From: Candidatus Poribacteria bacterium
Lineage (GTDB): Bacteria; Poribacteria; WGA-4E; PCPOR2b
Reading direction: 5' to 3'
NCBI GenBank assembly: GCA_965198175.1
Contig: OZ240245.1
Span: 4,576,001 to 4,640,000 of the forward strand
DNA length: 64,000 bases
In this document: piece after piece, positions 11,064 to 20,705 of the stretch
Layout of the letters: each line of letters opens with the position of its first letter
Numbering within the stretch: the stretch's first letter is position 1
Program-made: the position numbers and the translations under genes
Notes under the pieces: generated by a model
What the model saw: only the letters and a program-made list of their open reading frames with translations
Database searches by the model: none
Told to the model about the DNA's origin: nothing

Positions 11064-11969
11064 TTAGTGAGATTTACTCATTAAGGTTTTGATGCGATCC
11101 AGCAAAACGGCAGCGTTCGTCTTGATGTCTTCGTTCTTAGAATCGCTCAATTTCTCAAGAAGTTCGATTGCCTGTTGATACTTTTCTTGAAGCGCATAGG
11201 TTAAGCCCAGGTGATACTGGACCTGCTCATAAACTGCGCTTTGTGAGTATTTTTCGATGACTGTCCGAAAGTGCGTCTCTGCCTTCCGAAAAAAGTCTTC
11301 CCTGTTTTCTTCGTTAACATTTATTGCGTAATGTAATCCCAGGTTGAAGTGGATTTCCGGCAACAGCCCGGTTGTGTTCTCTGGATCCAGCTTAAAGGCT
11401 TTATCAGCAAGAGGTTTGCCCTTCTTGAAATTCCCTCGTTTGGCATAGATAATTGCGATTTCAGCATTGATCCTCGGATCATTCGGTTTTTCTCTGAGTT
11501 TAGTTTTGAGTTCCTGAAACCGTTCTTCCTTCTTGAGGGTCTCCTCCATCAGCACAGAAAATTGTTTGGCATCTCGGTAACCAACAATGACACTGATGGA
11601 ATCCCCTTCAGTGTCAACGAATGCAATAGCTGGGACAGCCCCCGTTCCATCACCGTATGTTCTGTAAGCTTTAGCGTGTTCATCGCTTGACTCCGGATTC
11701 ACCTTCAAGGAAACAAATTTCTCTGACAACTCAATAACTTTTGAATCACTAAACGTAGTGGCATCCAGCCGCTTACAGGAACCTCACCACTCTGTGTAAA
11801 AGTCCATCATAATGGGTTTGCCCGTCTTCTGGGCTTCCATCATTCCCTTTTCAATTGACTTTTCCCACTTAATTTCTGTTGTTGCGAAGGCGAGTGAATA
11901 GGCAACGGCAGTGAGCGTTAGGATAGCCAACGCTGTGTGCTGCCTCTGTTTCCAAACAAAATTAAACAT
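11064..11969 (-). CDS. Exported thioredoxin-fold plus TPR selenoprotein (UGA at 11784-11786; W-U-G-S-C)
   Basis: MMDFYTEW-TGA-GSCKRLDATTFSDSKVIELSEKFVSLKVN is one frame; signal peptide; C-terminal TPR-like repeats; hairpin after UGA. Confidence 0.85.
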
Positions 11970-12290
11970 TTATTTTCTCCTTCAAAATTGGGGTTGGCGC
12001 TTATGGGGTAAAGCGTATCATTGCTCACCTCATTGAGAATAGTGTAAGCATAGTTCCAAAAATGGAGTTGGCACATGAAATCAGTACCGTCTTGGGTTAA
12101 ATTATTCTCATATTCGCCCCGAAGTGTTTTGAAAACTCGCAGGGCTAGGTTACAATCTTTTTAGGTTCAAACTCGAATAATTGCTGGAGTCAAACAGGTA
12201 TTTGGGTTGGGGTACGGACTGAATAAACCCCATCTCCTCCTTCGACATCCAATAGTCACATCGGACGTCCAAATGCGTGTGGGTAATGGG

Positions 12291-12557
12291 TCAAGCTTCA
12301 ACATCTTCTTTCTCAGTTTCCTCTCTTTCTGAATCACTTGGCATTTGCTCAGCAGCCGCTTTGGCTTGCATCTGTTCAAACACTTGAGTGCTGGTTGTCT
12401 TACTACTCAATGTTGTCCGGCATCTTCCACAAGTTGTGATAATCTTTACCAATTTGCCATGTCTTCCCACTTTTTTTTGCTTTTGTTCCGTTTCCACGTA
12501 CCGCTTACAGCGGGGACACCACAGCTGCTGTGGTCCCAACATTTGGAATCCCTCCAT
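12291..12557 (-). CDS. Small zinc-ribbon protein
   Basis: CPRC...CGRC; starts immediately after the mnmE stop. Confidence 0.6.
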   Translation of the reverse strand: MEGFQMLGPQQLWCPRCKRYVETEQKQKKVGRHGKLVKIITTCGRCRTTLSSKTTSTQVFEQMQAKAAAEQMPSDSEREETEKEDVEA

Positions 12558-12558
12558 T

Positions 12559-13938
12559 TTATTTGCCGATGCAGAATTGCGAAAAAATGCGGTCCAGAAT
12601 GTCTTCGGTTGTTATTTTTCCAACAATCTCACCAAGACAGTCTAAACTGGTACGCAAATCAACCGCAATCAGGTCAAGGGGCATTGTCTGAGATAAGCTT
12701 TCACGCGCTTGTTCAAGCGCAATTCGTGCCCGGCGCAATGCCTCGTAGTGACGAAGATTTGTGACAATCAGCCCTTCTCCTATGGTTTCTCTGCCCTTGA
12801 GAATTTCCTTGAGAATCGCCGTTTTCAAATCCTCAATACCCTCTCCATGTAGAACGGAAGTTTGAACAATAGATTTCTGGGGAGCATAAGTCCGCAGATC
12901 TGCGGGGGTGGTTACTAGAGGTAAATCCACCTTGTTTAATACGAAAATTGCTATACGACAGTTGACAGCATCTAATAATTGTCCATCCGCTTCCGTTAAA
13001 GGTTGGGAAGCATCAAACATCACTAGAAGCAAATCGGCGCCATCTATATAGGATTTGCTACGCGCTACGCCTTGCTGCTCAACAACATCGGCAGTTTGAC
13101 GTATACCTGCGGTATCAATCAACCTGAGCGGAATGCCACGCAGATTCAGTGGCTCTTCGATGGTATCTCGAGTCGTGCCGGGAATTTCCGTGACAATTGC
13201 CCGTTCCTCCTGCAACAGAGTGTTAAGTAAGCTCGATTTCCCAACATTTGGCTTGCCGAGAATCGCGATACGGATGCCTTCTCGCAGAATTTTTCCATCC
13301 GACGCTGTCGTCATCAGGCGAGCCAACCCTTTGAGGATAGCTTCAGCGGTTTTCCTCATCGTCGTGGAATCAATGAAATCAAGGTCTTCATCAGGAAAAT
13401 CAATTGACGCTTCAACCTCTGCAAGCAAGTTTGCAAGCCGGTCGCTAAGCGCGTTGACTTCTTGAGATAGCTTACCGCTCAGCTGATCCATCGCAACCCG
13501 AAAATTGAGCTCTGTTTGGGATCGAATTAAATCGACAACCGCTTCTGCCTGGGCAAGATCCAACCTGTCATTGAGAAAGGCTCGTTTGGTGAACTCACCT
13601 GGCTCTGCAAGGCGCGCTCCTGCTTGTAGTGTCAATTCGAACACACGTTGTAAAGGGATGACGCCTCCGTGACAGTTAAACTCAACGATATCCTCAGCCG
13701 TATAAGATTTGGGCGCTAACATAATACCTAGCATCACTTCATCGATCACAACATTTGAATCAGGATGGACAACATGTCCATAGTTGAGCGTGTGGGTTGG
13801 AAATTCAGCCGGGGAGATACGACGCGGTGACCGGAAAATCTTACAAGCGATAGGGACAGCGAGGGAGCCACTAACCCTGACAATCCCGAGGCCACCTTCG
13901 CCTCGCGGCGTTGCGATTGCTACGATTGTATCAGAGAT
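12559..13938 (-). CDS. mnmE: tRNA modification GTPase MnmE (start codon atypical)
   Basis: DTIVAIATP, GKPNVGKSS, GTTRD, DTAG, C-terminal FCIGK. Confidence 0.96.
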   Translation of the reverse strand: MSDTIVAIATPRGEGGLGIVRVSGSLAVPIACKIFRSPRRISPAEFPTHTLNYGHVVHPDSNVVIDEVMLGIMLAPKSYTAEDIVEFNCHGGVIPLQRVFELTLQAGARLAEPGEFTKRAFLNDRLDLAQAEAVVDLIRSQTELNFRVAMDQLSGKLSQEVNALSDRLANLLAEVEASIDFPDEDLDFIDSTTMRKTAEAILKGLARLMTTASDGKILREGIRIAILGKPNVGKSSLLNTLLQEERAIVTEIPGTTRDTIEEPLNLRGIPLRLIDTAGIRQTADVVEQQGVARSKSYIDGADLLLVMFDASQPLTEADGQLLDAVNCRIAIFVLNKVDLPLVTTPADLRTYAPQKSIVQTSVLHGEGIEDLKTAILKEILKGRETIGEGLIVTNLRHYEALRRARIALEQARESLSQTMPLDLIAVDLRTSLDCLGEIVGKITTEDILDRIFSQFCIGK

Positions 13939-13954
13939 GGAATCATACCCCTTG

Positions 13955-14587
13955 TTATGTATCGTAGTTGTCGCGTGGGGCAACGACGACGCAGCGCAAC
14001 GCGCCCTCTCCACGGCTATAGGTCCGTACGCAATTGTCCGACTGTAAGGTAGCGTGAACAATCTGGCGATCCCGAGGTGTCATCGGATTGAGGACAATCT
14101 CTAGGTTTGTCTGCTTCACTTTGACAGCAGTCCGATAAGCCAAATCAACGAGCATAGTTTCACGACGTTCTCGGTACCCTTCTGCATCTACGAAAACTCT
14201 CTTCTTAACGAGAGATGACTTATTCAAGATACAGTTGACCAAGTATTCGATTGCATTGAGCGTCTGTCCATGTCTACCAATCAGCAAGCCAGGGGTATCA
14301 GCACTTACAATGAGATGAATGCTACCATCAATATTCCGGATTTCAATCTCTGCTTCGACTCCGGTACGGGATAAAATTTCATGGAGCACAATTTCCGGTG
14401 TTGAGGAAACATCTTCTTTTACGGTGGCACGGACTTTGGCTAATTTCGTGCCTAATCCTAGAATTCCCTTCGTAGCTTCATGAATTACTTTCACACTGAC
14501 TTGTTCACGGCTAACGTCGAGCTCTTCAAGTGCGTGCGCCAAAGCTTCTTCTGTGGTTCTGCCTTCCGTTTCAATATATTGTTGCAC
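13955..14587 (-). CDS. jag: Jag/EloR (KhpB) RNA-binding protein
   Basis: Jag_N region, LIGRHGQTLNA KH motif, R3H motif RQIVH; sits after yidC. Confidence 0.93.
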   Translation of the reverse strand: MQQYIETEGRTTEEALAHALEELDVSREQVSVKVIHEATKGILGLGTKLAKVRATVKEDVSSTPEIVLHEILSRTGVEAEIEIRNIDGSIHLIVSADTPGLLIGRHGQTLNAIEYLVNCILNKSSLVKKRVFVDAEGYRERRETMLVDLAYRTAVKVKQTNLEIVLNPMTPRDRQIVHATLQSDNCVRTYSRGEGALRCVVVAPRDNYDT

Positions 14588-14643
14588 GGTCCGTCGTCTT
14601 CCCGAAACTCCAGTAGGAGATTCAATAATTATGAAAGATTGAA

Positions 14644-16446
14644 TCAGGATCTTCGCTTTTGGAGTTGAGATTTCCTTTTTGTTAGTTGAGATTGCTTTCC
14701 TGATGGTAGGGTTCTAACGGATTCGGTTTCATCTGATTCCCGGAGCCGAGTGAAATAGTGCCGTCCAATTTCGAAAATATTACTACATGTCCAATATAAA
14801 ATTAATCCCGATGCCCAATTATAAAGAACAAATACAAAGATAAACGGTACAAACTGCATAATCTTTGCCTGAGTATTATCTGCGATAGGCGTCACCCCCG
14901 CATTCATTTTTTGTTGCAACAAGGTTGTCACACCGTAGATAATGGGTAGAAACCGAATTGCATCAATCTGGGTCAAAATCAGAGGAATCGTAAAGGGTAA
15001 CAAGAATAAGGTATCAGGTGCGGACAAATCATCCATCCATAAGCAGAAAGAGGCGCCTCGAAGCTCAACGGCATTTCCAAAAACTGTGAATAACGCGAAG
15101 AGGATCGGCAACTGCGGTATCATAGGAATGCAGCCTCCTAGTGGGTTGACACCGTGTTCCTTGTATAATCGCATTGTGGCACGATTCAGCTTTTGTGGAT
15201 CATCTCTATACTTCTCCTTTAATTCTGCGAGTAAGGGCTGGAGTTCCTGCATCTCTTTCATCGACTTGTAGCTCTTCCGAATCAGCGGGTAGGCGGCTAA
15301 TTTCGTTAATAAGGTCAAAAGAATAATTGAAACTCCATAATTCCCAATGATACGATGGAATCCGTGGAGCAACCAGAGCATCGCCCAGGCGACTGGCCAC
15401 AAAAAGCCAAAATCGATAATTTTGCTCATTCTGAGCGGGACATCAGGCGCGTCACGATGTGTAATCTTTTTCAAGATGGCATCTTCCTTGGGGCCAACAT
15501 AGATGCGAAAAACATCGGTACGGCGTTTACCGGCGGAAAAGCCGGAAATGATGAGACGTGCTGCGTCTGTCGAAGCAGCAATATCAGCCGATGGATTTTC
15601 CCCATTATCGTCGAGTTTTTTACGTTGATATTGGACATTGAGCGATGGATCTGGAATCATAAGCGCGGCAAAATACTTGCTATTCAGACCCGCCCATAAG
15701 ACGGGAGCTGTAATCTCTGACTCGCTAAGATCTTGGCTTGGCTTGCCGCGCCCTATATAAGCTACTGCCCCCTCATTTCTAGAAGGTCGCCTCCCTTTGC
15801 CACTGTGCTTACGCTCATGGCGTAGAAGATCTGCATTAATCCCGGGTCCCCAATACAGTTCATATCCCTTCAACGGTTGATCTGATATGTTTTCGAAAGT
15901 CAGTTCTACGTCCACATAATAGCGATCTTGATAAAACGTAAATTCTTTGGATACCTTGAGTTTCTCTCCAATTTGAGTTTTGAAGGTCAGCGTGTCTTGA
16001 GACCGATCGGTGAGAATCACCTGTTTTTTATCCGCCTTCCAGACAGCCGACACTGCGTCATTCCGCAATTCTTCTGGAAAATCAACAAGAAGGCAACTGT
16101 AGGCCCTTTCTGGAATCAAGTTGATCGATTCATTGCTGCCGGATCGATCCGGATATTTTCTGAGTCTCCATTCTTGGACAATCGCATCCTCGACGACAAA
16201 GGCAATTTCATAGTTGTCGGTTTGAACATGAACTCTTGGGCTTTCTTGAGCCCTACTGAAATAAAGCGATGACTCATTCCTTTGTGTTGGAGTAGACGTC
16301 TCAAGCGTAGATTCAGCCGAGGATATCGGCGTCTCCTTCTTTTCTCCTTCGGGGGTTTGCTCTGGCGGTCGTGGACGAAAGAAGATGGTCCAGCCAACCA
16401 TTACAATAATCATGAGCGCAATCGCTAGGATATAGCGCTTCTCCAT
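14644..16446 (-). CDS. yidC: Membrane protein insertase YidC
   Basis: YVGPK, IDFG, NPLGGCIP, DDLSAPD, GLILYW. Confidence 0.96.
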   Translation of the reverse strand: MEKRYILAIALMIIVMVGWTIFFRPRPPEQTPEGEKKETPISSAESTLETSTPTQRNESSLYFSRAQESPRVHVQTDNYEIAFVVEDAIVQEWRLRKYPDRSGSNESINLIPERAYSCLLVDFPEELRNDAVSAVWKADKKQVILTDRSQDTLTFKTQIGEKLKVSKEFTFYQDRYYVDVELTFENISDQPLKGYELYWGPGINADLLRHERKHSGKGRRPSRNEGAVAYIGRGKPSQDLSESEITAPVLWAGLNSKYFAALMIPDPSLNVQYQRKKLDDNGENPSADIAASTDAARLIISGFSAGKRRTDVFRIYVGPKEDAILKKITHRDAPDVPLRMSKIIDFGFLWPVAWAMLWLLHGFHRIIGNYGVSIILLTLLTKLAAYPLIRKSYKSMKEMQELQPLLAELKEKYRDDPQKLNRATMRLYKEHGVNPLGGCIPMIPQLPILFALFTVFGNAVELRGASFCLWMDDLSAPDTLFLLPFTIPLILTQIDAIRFLPIIYGVTTLLQQKMNAGVTPIADNTQAKIMQFVPFIFVFVLYNWASGLILYWTCSNIFEIGRHYFTRLRESDETESVRTLPSGKQSQLTKRKSQLQKRRS

Positions 16447-16674
16447 TAAAAAATCTCCTCATGGATGAAGGATTATAACTCTAGAAAGTTATATTCACAT
16501 ATGCACGCGGTGAGTATTCATGTGCATTCTATAGATGCTAGGTGCTAGCGCCACAAGTCGGCAGAGTAACAGATGGAAGCTGGAGGTTAGGATTTACGCG
16601 CTCCGGTTAACTTACTACAGATTCCCGACATTTTTATGCTTGACCCCATTCAGCCACATGAATCACTTAGAATC

Positions 16675-16884
16675 TTATTTGAGAGGATCATAGCCACCGG
16701 GGTGATAGGGTTGGCACTTTGACAACCGTTTGAGAGTTAGCCAGCACGCTTTCAAAAGATTATACTTCATAATGGCTTCTATAGTGTACTGGGAGCACGT
16801 CGGGTAAAAACGGCAAGTTGGCGGAAAGAGCGGGGAAATAAAATTGCGATAGAAGCGTATAAGATAAATCAGAAAAATCTTCAT
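16675..16884 (-). CDS. yidD: Membrane protein insertion efficiency factor
   Basis: [15 protein letters not shown]. Confidence 0.95.
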   Translation of the reverse strand: MKIFLIYLIRFYRNFISPLFPPTCRFYPTCSQYTIEAIMKYNLLKACWLTLKRLSKCQPYHPGGYDPLK

Positions 16885-16897
16885 GGAACTGATATAG

Positions 16898-17245
16898 TCA
16901 CGTTTTGAGAATTTTGGCTTGCTGTAGGAGTTGTAAGAGAGAAGATTTGGCTTGCTGGCACTTCATATCAAGCGCTGCGGTTCGTCCAACAACGACAATA
17001 TCGTAATTCGGATAAATTCGGTGCCTTGATAATCTAAATGATTCCCGGATCAACCTTTTTACTCGATTCCGTTTGACGCTATTCCCTAACTTTTTACTGG
17101 TAGTGATTCCAAGACGTACCACGTTGAGAGAATTATGAGACACATACACAACAAAACAGCGATTCCAATACTTCTTCCCTCTCTTATACCCTCGCTGAAA
17201 CTCCCATCTTCGTGTTAATCGCTCTGGATGAACTTTATGCTCCAT
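16898..17245 (-). CDS. rnpA: Ribonuclease P protein component
   Basis: [28 protein letters not shown] at 17245 preferred. Confidence 0.93.
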   Translation of the reverse strand: MEHKVHPERLTRRWEFQRGYKRGKKYWNRCFVVYVSHNSLNVVRLGITTSKKLGNSVKRNRVKRLIRESFRLSRHRIYPNYDIVVVGRTAALDMKCQQAKSSLLQLLQQAKILKT

Positions 17246-17246
17246 G

Positions 17247-17918
17247 TCAGAATCTTTTGAGTTTAACCTGAGTCTCCCACTCCGCCTTGTCAATTTGCTC
17301 ACGAAGATAAGCAACATAATCTGTAACTTGAGTTTCCACTATCATATGCGGTGTGCCATCTTCTCTTTCAACAATTCCCTTTATGACATCAACTGTATTC
17401 CCTTGCGACTGAACTCCATGCACGATGGCACAAATCATCAGGAATTCTTTTTTGATTGCTTGATCTGATAATGCACTGGGAATGAAGTGAATTTGAACGA
17501 TATTATGCTCGCCCTTAAGGCGACCATCATTCAAACGCCAGTGAACTGCTTGAATTTTCTGCTCTTGAAACATTTGGCGCAGTACTTCTTGCTGAAGTGA
17601 AATAGGCACCTTGGGCTTGAGCACATCGATAGAAGGCTCGCCAGCAGGTTGGACCTCAGCCATTTTATAGGGCACAAAGCCAAGCCACCCCGAAGCAGGC
17701 TCTCCAACTTCAAATGCAATAATCAACGGTTCCGCATTTTCTGGATGGGTAATTGATGCACTAGGTGCTCGCCCGGTTTCTCGTCGATTATACTTTCCCC
17801 ACTCTTCCATCAATGAGAATTGAAAATAATAATCTTCGGGCGCTTGAATCGCACAAGCGAACCCTACAAGCGGGAAACTCAATATGAAAAAGTACGTTAT
17901 GTTGAATGAATAACGCAT
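17247..17918 (-). CDS. Hypothetical exported protein/lipoprotein
   Basis: Hydrophobic N-terminus MRYSFNITYFFILSFPLVGFAC; packed between the HNH gene and rnpA. Confidence 0.6.
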   Translation of the reverse strand: MRYSFNITYFFILSFPLVGFACAIQAPEDYYFQFSLMEEWGKYNRRETGRAPSASITHPENAEPLIIAFEVGEPASGWLGFVPYKMAEVQPAGEPSIDVLKPKVPISLQQEVLRQMFQEQKIQAVHWRLNDGRLKGEHNIVQIHFIPSALSDQAIKKEFLMICAIVHGVQSQGNTVDVIKGIVEREDGTPHMIVETQVTDYVAYLREQIDKAEWETQVKLKRF

Positions 17919-17922
17919 AGAT

Positions 17923-18429
17923 TCAAATATACAAATACTTCTTCCAGGATTCGTCATAACGCAAATGACGGCTGAGGTGCAAGTAAGAGATAATCGAGGG
18001 AACTTTAGGGGAACGCTTGGGAAACATGTGAGCTTCGCGAGGTGTGTAATTTCCTTTTTTGATGTTACACTTTTTGCATGCTGTCGCAACGTTTTCCCAC
18101 ACTGTTGCACCACCGCGAGATCTAGGGATAACATGGTCAAGTGTTAGCATTGATGGAGGAAATTTCTCATGGCAGTATTGACATACATATGCATCTCGGA
18201 CAAAGACGTTTCTACGTGAGAATTTTACAACACAGCGGGGGATGTGAACATAATTCACTAGACGGATTACCAAAGGAATTTTCATTGAGATACTTGGTGA
18301 ACGGATTTCCCGATCCGAGACTTCTTCCATGCACGCTACCCCTTTGATAATCATCTTCATCGCGCGTTTTAAATTACAAATATTAATTGCCTCGTAGCTT
18401 GCGTTCAACACGAGTACCGGTGTTTTCAT
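17923..18429 (-). CDS. HNH endonuclease (McrA-like)
   Basis: VLVLNASYE, RDAYVCQYC, TLDHVIPRSRGG, ACKKCNIKKG. Confidence 0.92.
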   Translation of the reverse strand: MKTPVLVLNASYEAINICNLKRAMKMIIKGVACMEEVSDREIRSPSISMKIPLVIRLVNYVHIPRCVVKFSRRNVFVRDAYVCQYCHEKFPPSMLTLDHVIPRSRGGATVWENVATACKKCNIKKGNYTPREAHMFPKRSPKVPSIISYLHLSRHLRYDESWKKYLYI

Positions 18430-18850
18430 AAGCCAATCCTCTTACAAAAACTGAAACCCCTCAACCGACCTTATATTTTTGTTATTGTAACACACTTGTA
18501 TCTTAGCCTGCAAGCAAAATATCAGCCCTTCGTTCCTTAACTGGCTTGATCTCAACGACATTTATAAGTGTGAGTAGAGTCTTTTCCGGCTGTTGGCGTT
18601 GTGTGACGAATTCCTTTGACACATGAGATTTTTGATGATAAATTCCCATTGAACGAAGTAGGAATTGGACAATAGATAAACAATTCACGAACAATTTGCG
18701 TTGTAGCCCTGGAAACCGAAACCTTGAAGGCTTTACGACGGTAGATTGGGCTTTAGGTAGTTGGTAAACCGCCAATACTTACTCCTCTAGCTCTCCATCT
18801 CTTTTTGACGCTATCTTTCATGTATCCATTTTCGTCCAGGGAATCTAATT

Positions 18851-19909
18851 ATGTATAACCAAACCCTATCCAAACAGCGGACACATAACTCATTCGTAAT
18901 ATCTCTATTTTTGCACCTCATTGCGGTTCTCGTGGTGGATATAAATTTTCCAAAATGGTATCAATCTGCCCCACCGATTCCGGATCCAATTGTTGCTAAA
19001 CCAATTGAGGTTGAAATCCTTCAACCTTCTTATTTACCGCGTCTCAAAAACCGCATCTCCACTACCAACACTCAATCCTCAAATTTAGCAATGCACGTTC
19101 CTTCTGTTTCTCAAATGCAGTCTCGGGTTAGAGGAGAACAACCATTTCTGATGGGGTCAAAACCAATCAATACCAAGGTGCAATTGCCAAAATCGGATAC
19201 TTTACTCACCAATCAGCCCCAAAACGAATCCTATCTACGGGAGCTGATTGGCGAGCCTGTCAAGGTTTCGTCACGACTGTCAGCGTCTCACAACTTGGAG
19301 ATTGAACCGCGTTTGACCCAAAAGAAAGTTGTTCATTCGGAAACCGGCGGTGAGCCCCAAACCGTTAAACACATTAACCGCGATGCTCAGATTGGAAGTG
19401 CGCTGCAGACGATTGCCGGACATATTGCTAGCGGAACAAGTTCATCAACATCGGATATCGTCTTTTTGTTGGATACGAGTGGCAGCATGGAAGAGAACAT
19501 CCCAGCCGTAAGAAATCATCTAATCAGCATGGTTAAGATTTTTCGGGAAAAACACATTGATTTCACCATAGGAATTGTCAAGTTCAAATATAATTCCCTG
19601 ATATTTCCCCAGACGCGGGATTATCAGAAATATGAACGCTTACTCGAAAATGTCAAGTGTGGCGGCGATGAGCGAGCTTACAATGCCATTGTCAAATCGA
19701 TTACGCGAGTAAAGTTCCGTACAGAAGCTGAACGACGATTCATTCTTATTACCGATGAGCCGTGTAAGGGGTCTTATACAATCTCGGATGTTTTGAAACG
19801 CTGCCGAGAGGCGCAGATTAAGCTGGACGTAATCGGCGTTAATGATACGTGGCAAAAGTACTTGGTAAATCAGACAGGAGGGTTGTGGTTCCCAATACCA
19901 GGGGGATAG
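18851..19909 (+). CDS. Membrane-anchored vWA-domain protein
   Basis: SLFLH TM anchor (TonB-like), DIVFLLDTSGSM, ILITDE. Confidence 0.8.
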   Translation: MYNQTLSKQRTHNSFVISLFLHLIAVLVVDINFPKWYQSAPPIPDPIVAKPIEVEILQPSYLPRLKNRISTTNTQSSNLAMHVPSVSQMQSRVRGEQPFLMGSKPINTKVQLPKSDTLLTNQPQNESYLRELIGEPVKVSSRLSASHNLEIEPRLTQKKVVHSETGGEPQTVKHINRDAQIGSALQTIAGHIASGTSSSTSDIVFLLDTSGSMEENIPAVRNHLISMVKIFREKHIDFTIGIVKFKYNSLIFPQTRDYQKYERLLENVKCGGDERAYNAIVKSITRVKFRTEAERRFILITDEPCKGSYTISDVLKRCREAQIKLDVIGVNDTWQKYLVNQTGGLWFPIPGG

Positions 19910-19982
19910 AAGAAGACCTTTTCTGGGCTAGGAATGGTTGATATTGTTGCTATAGTTGAGGTGGGCCGTGCATCTGATTTCG

Positions 19983-20675
19983 TCATTGCGGGAGAAATCT
20001 GTCCAGGTCTTGGACTTCTGCCAGTTGCACATCGACAATTGATGGGTCAGGACAAGCCTTCTCTTCCTCGCCCACCAACCACGCGGTCCACATTCCCACT
20101 CCCTTAGCACCACAGACATCGTGCGAATACGTATCCCCAACATAGATTGTTTCATCGGGCGAAACATCTAACGCTGACAACGCGGTGTGGAAAATTTCCG
20201 GGTCTGGTTTCCAAACGCCAACAACAGTTGAATCGATCACAACATCAAGCAGTGAGGAAAGACCACATTCATCACACCAACCTTGTGTATTTCCGAAGTT
20301 ATTACTGATAACGCCAAGCTGGTATCTGCTTTGAAGCGTTGTGAGCCAGCGGCGGTTTCGATCGAGACATTCCGCCACACCTTCACAGAAGTGGTCGATA
20401 TATCGATTTTTCTCCGCCAGATCCAAACCGAGTCGTTCATAAATTCCTGTGGCAATCTCATCTGCAGATTGACGGAGATTGAGCTTTGGTGCTTTCCCAC
20501 CAACGATGAATTGTCCAACGGAGGCGTAATCGGCGCGTTCAAACGCCTTACGATCGATATCGGGATGCTTACACCGGATGAATCGATAGGTTCGCTCACG
20601 CCAATGGATTCCATTTCCGTCTAGCGTGCCCCCAAAATCAAATAGCAAGGCGCGAAATTTTGACATTGATTTCAA
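19983..20675 (-). CDS. HAD-IA hydrolase
   Basis: FDFGGTL, KPDPEIF, VGDTYSHD. Confidence 0.85.
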   Translation of the reverse strand: MKSMSKFRALLFDFGGTLDGNGIHWRERTYRFIRCKHPDIDRKAFERADYASVGQFIVGGKAPKLNLRQSADEIATGIYERLGLDLAEKNRYIDHFCEGVAECLDRNRRWLTTLQSRYQLGVISNNFGNTQGWCDECGLSSLLDVVIDSTVVGVWKPDPEIFHTALSALDVSPDETIYVGDTYSHDVCGAKGVGMWTAWLVGEEEKACPDPSIVDVQLAEVQDLDRFLPQ

Positions 20676-20705
20676 TTTCGTGAAATGTCACCAATTCTGA
20701 TTCGT

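Noticed and set aside
13939..14061. N-terminal extension of mnmE in the ORF track
   Set aside because: Overlaps jag by ~100 nt and has no MnmE-like sequence.
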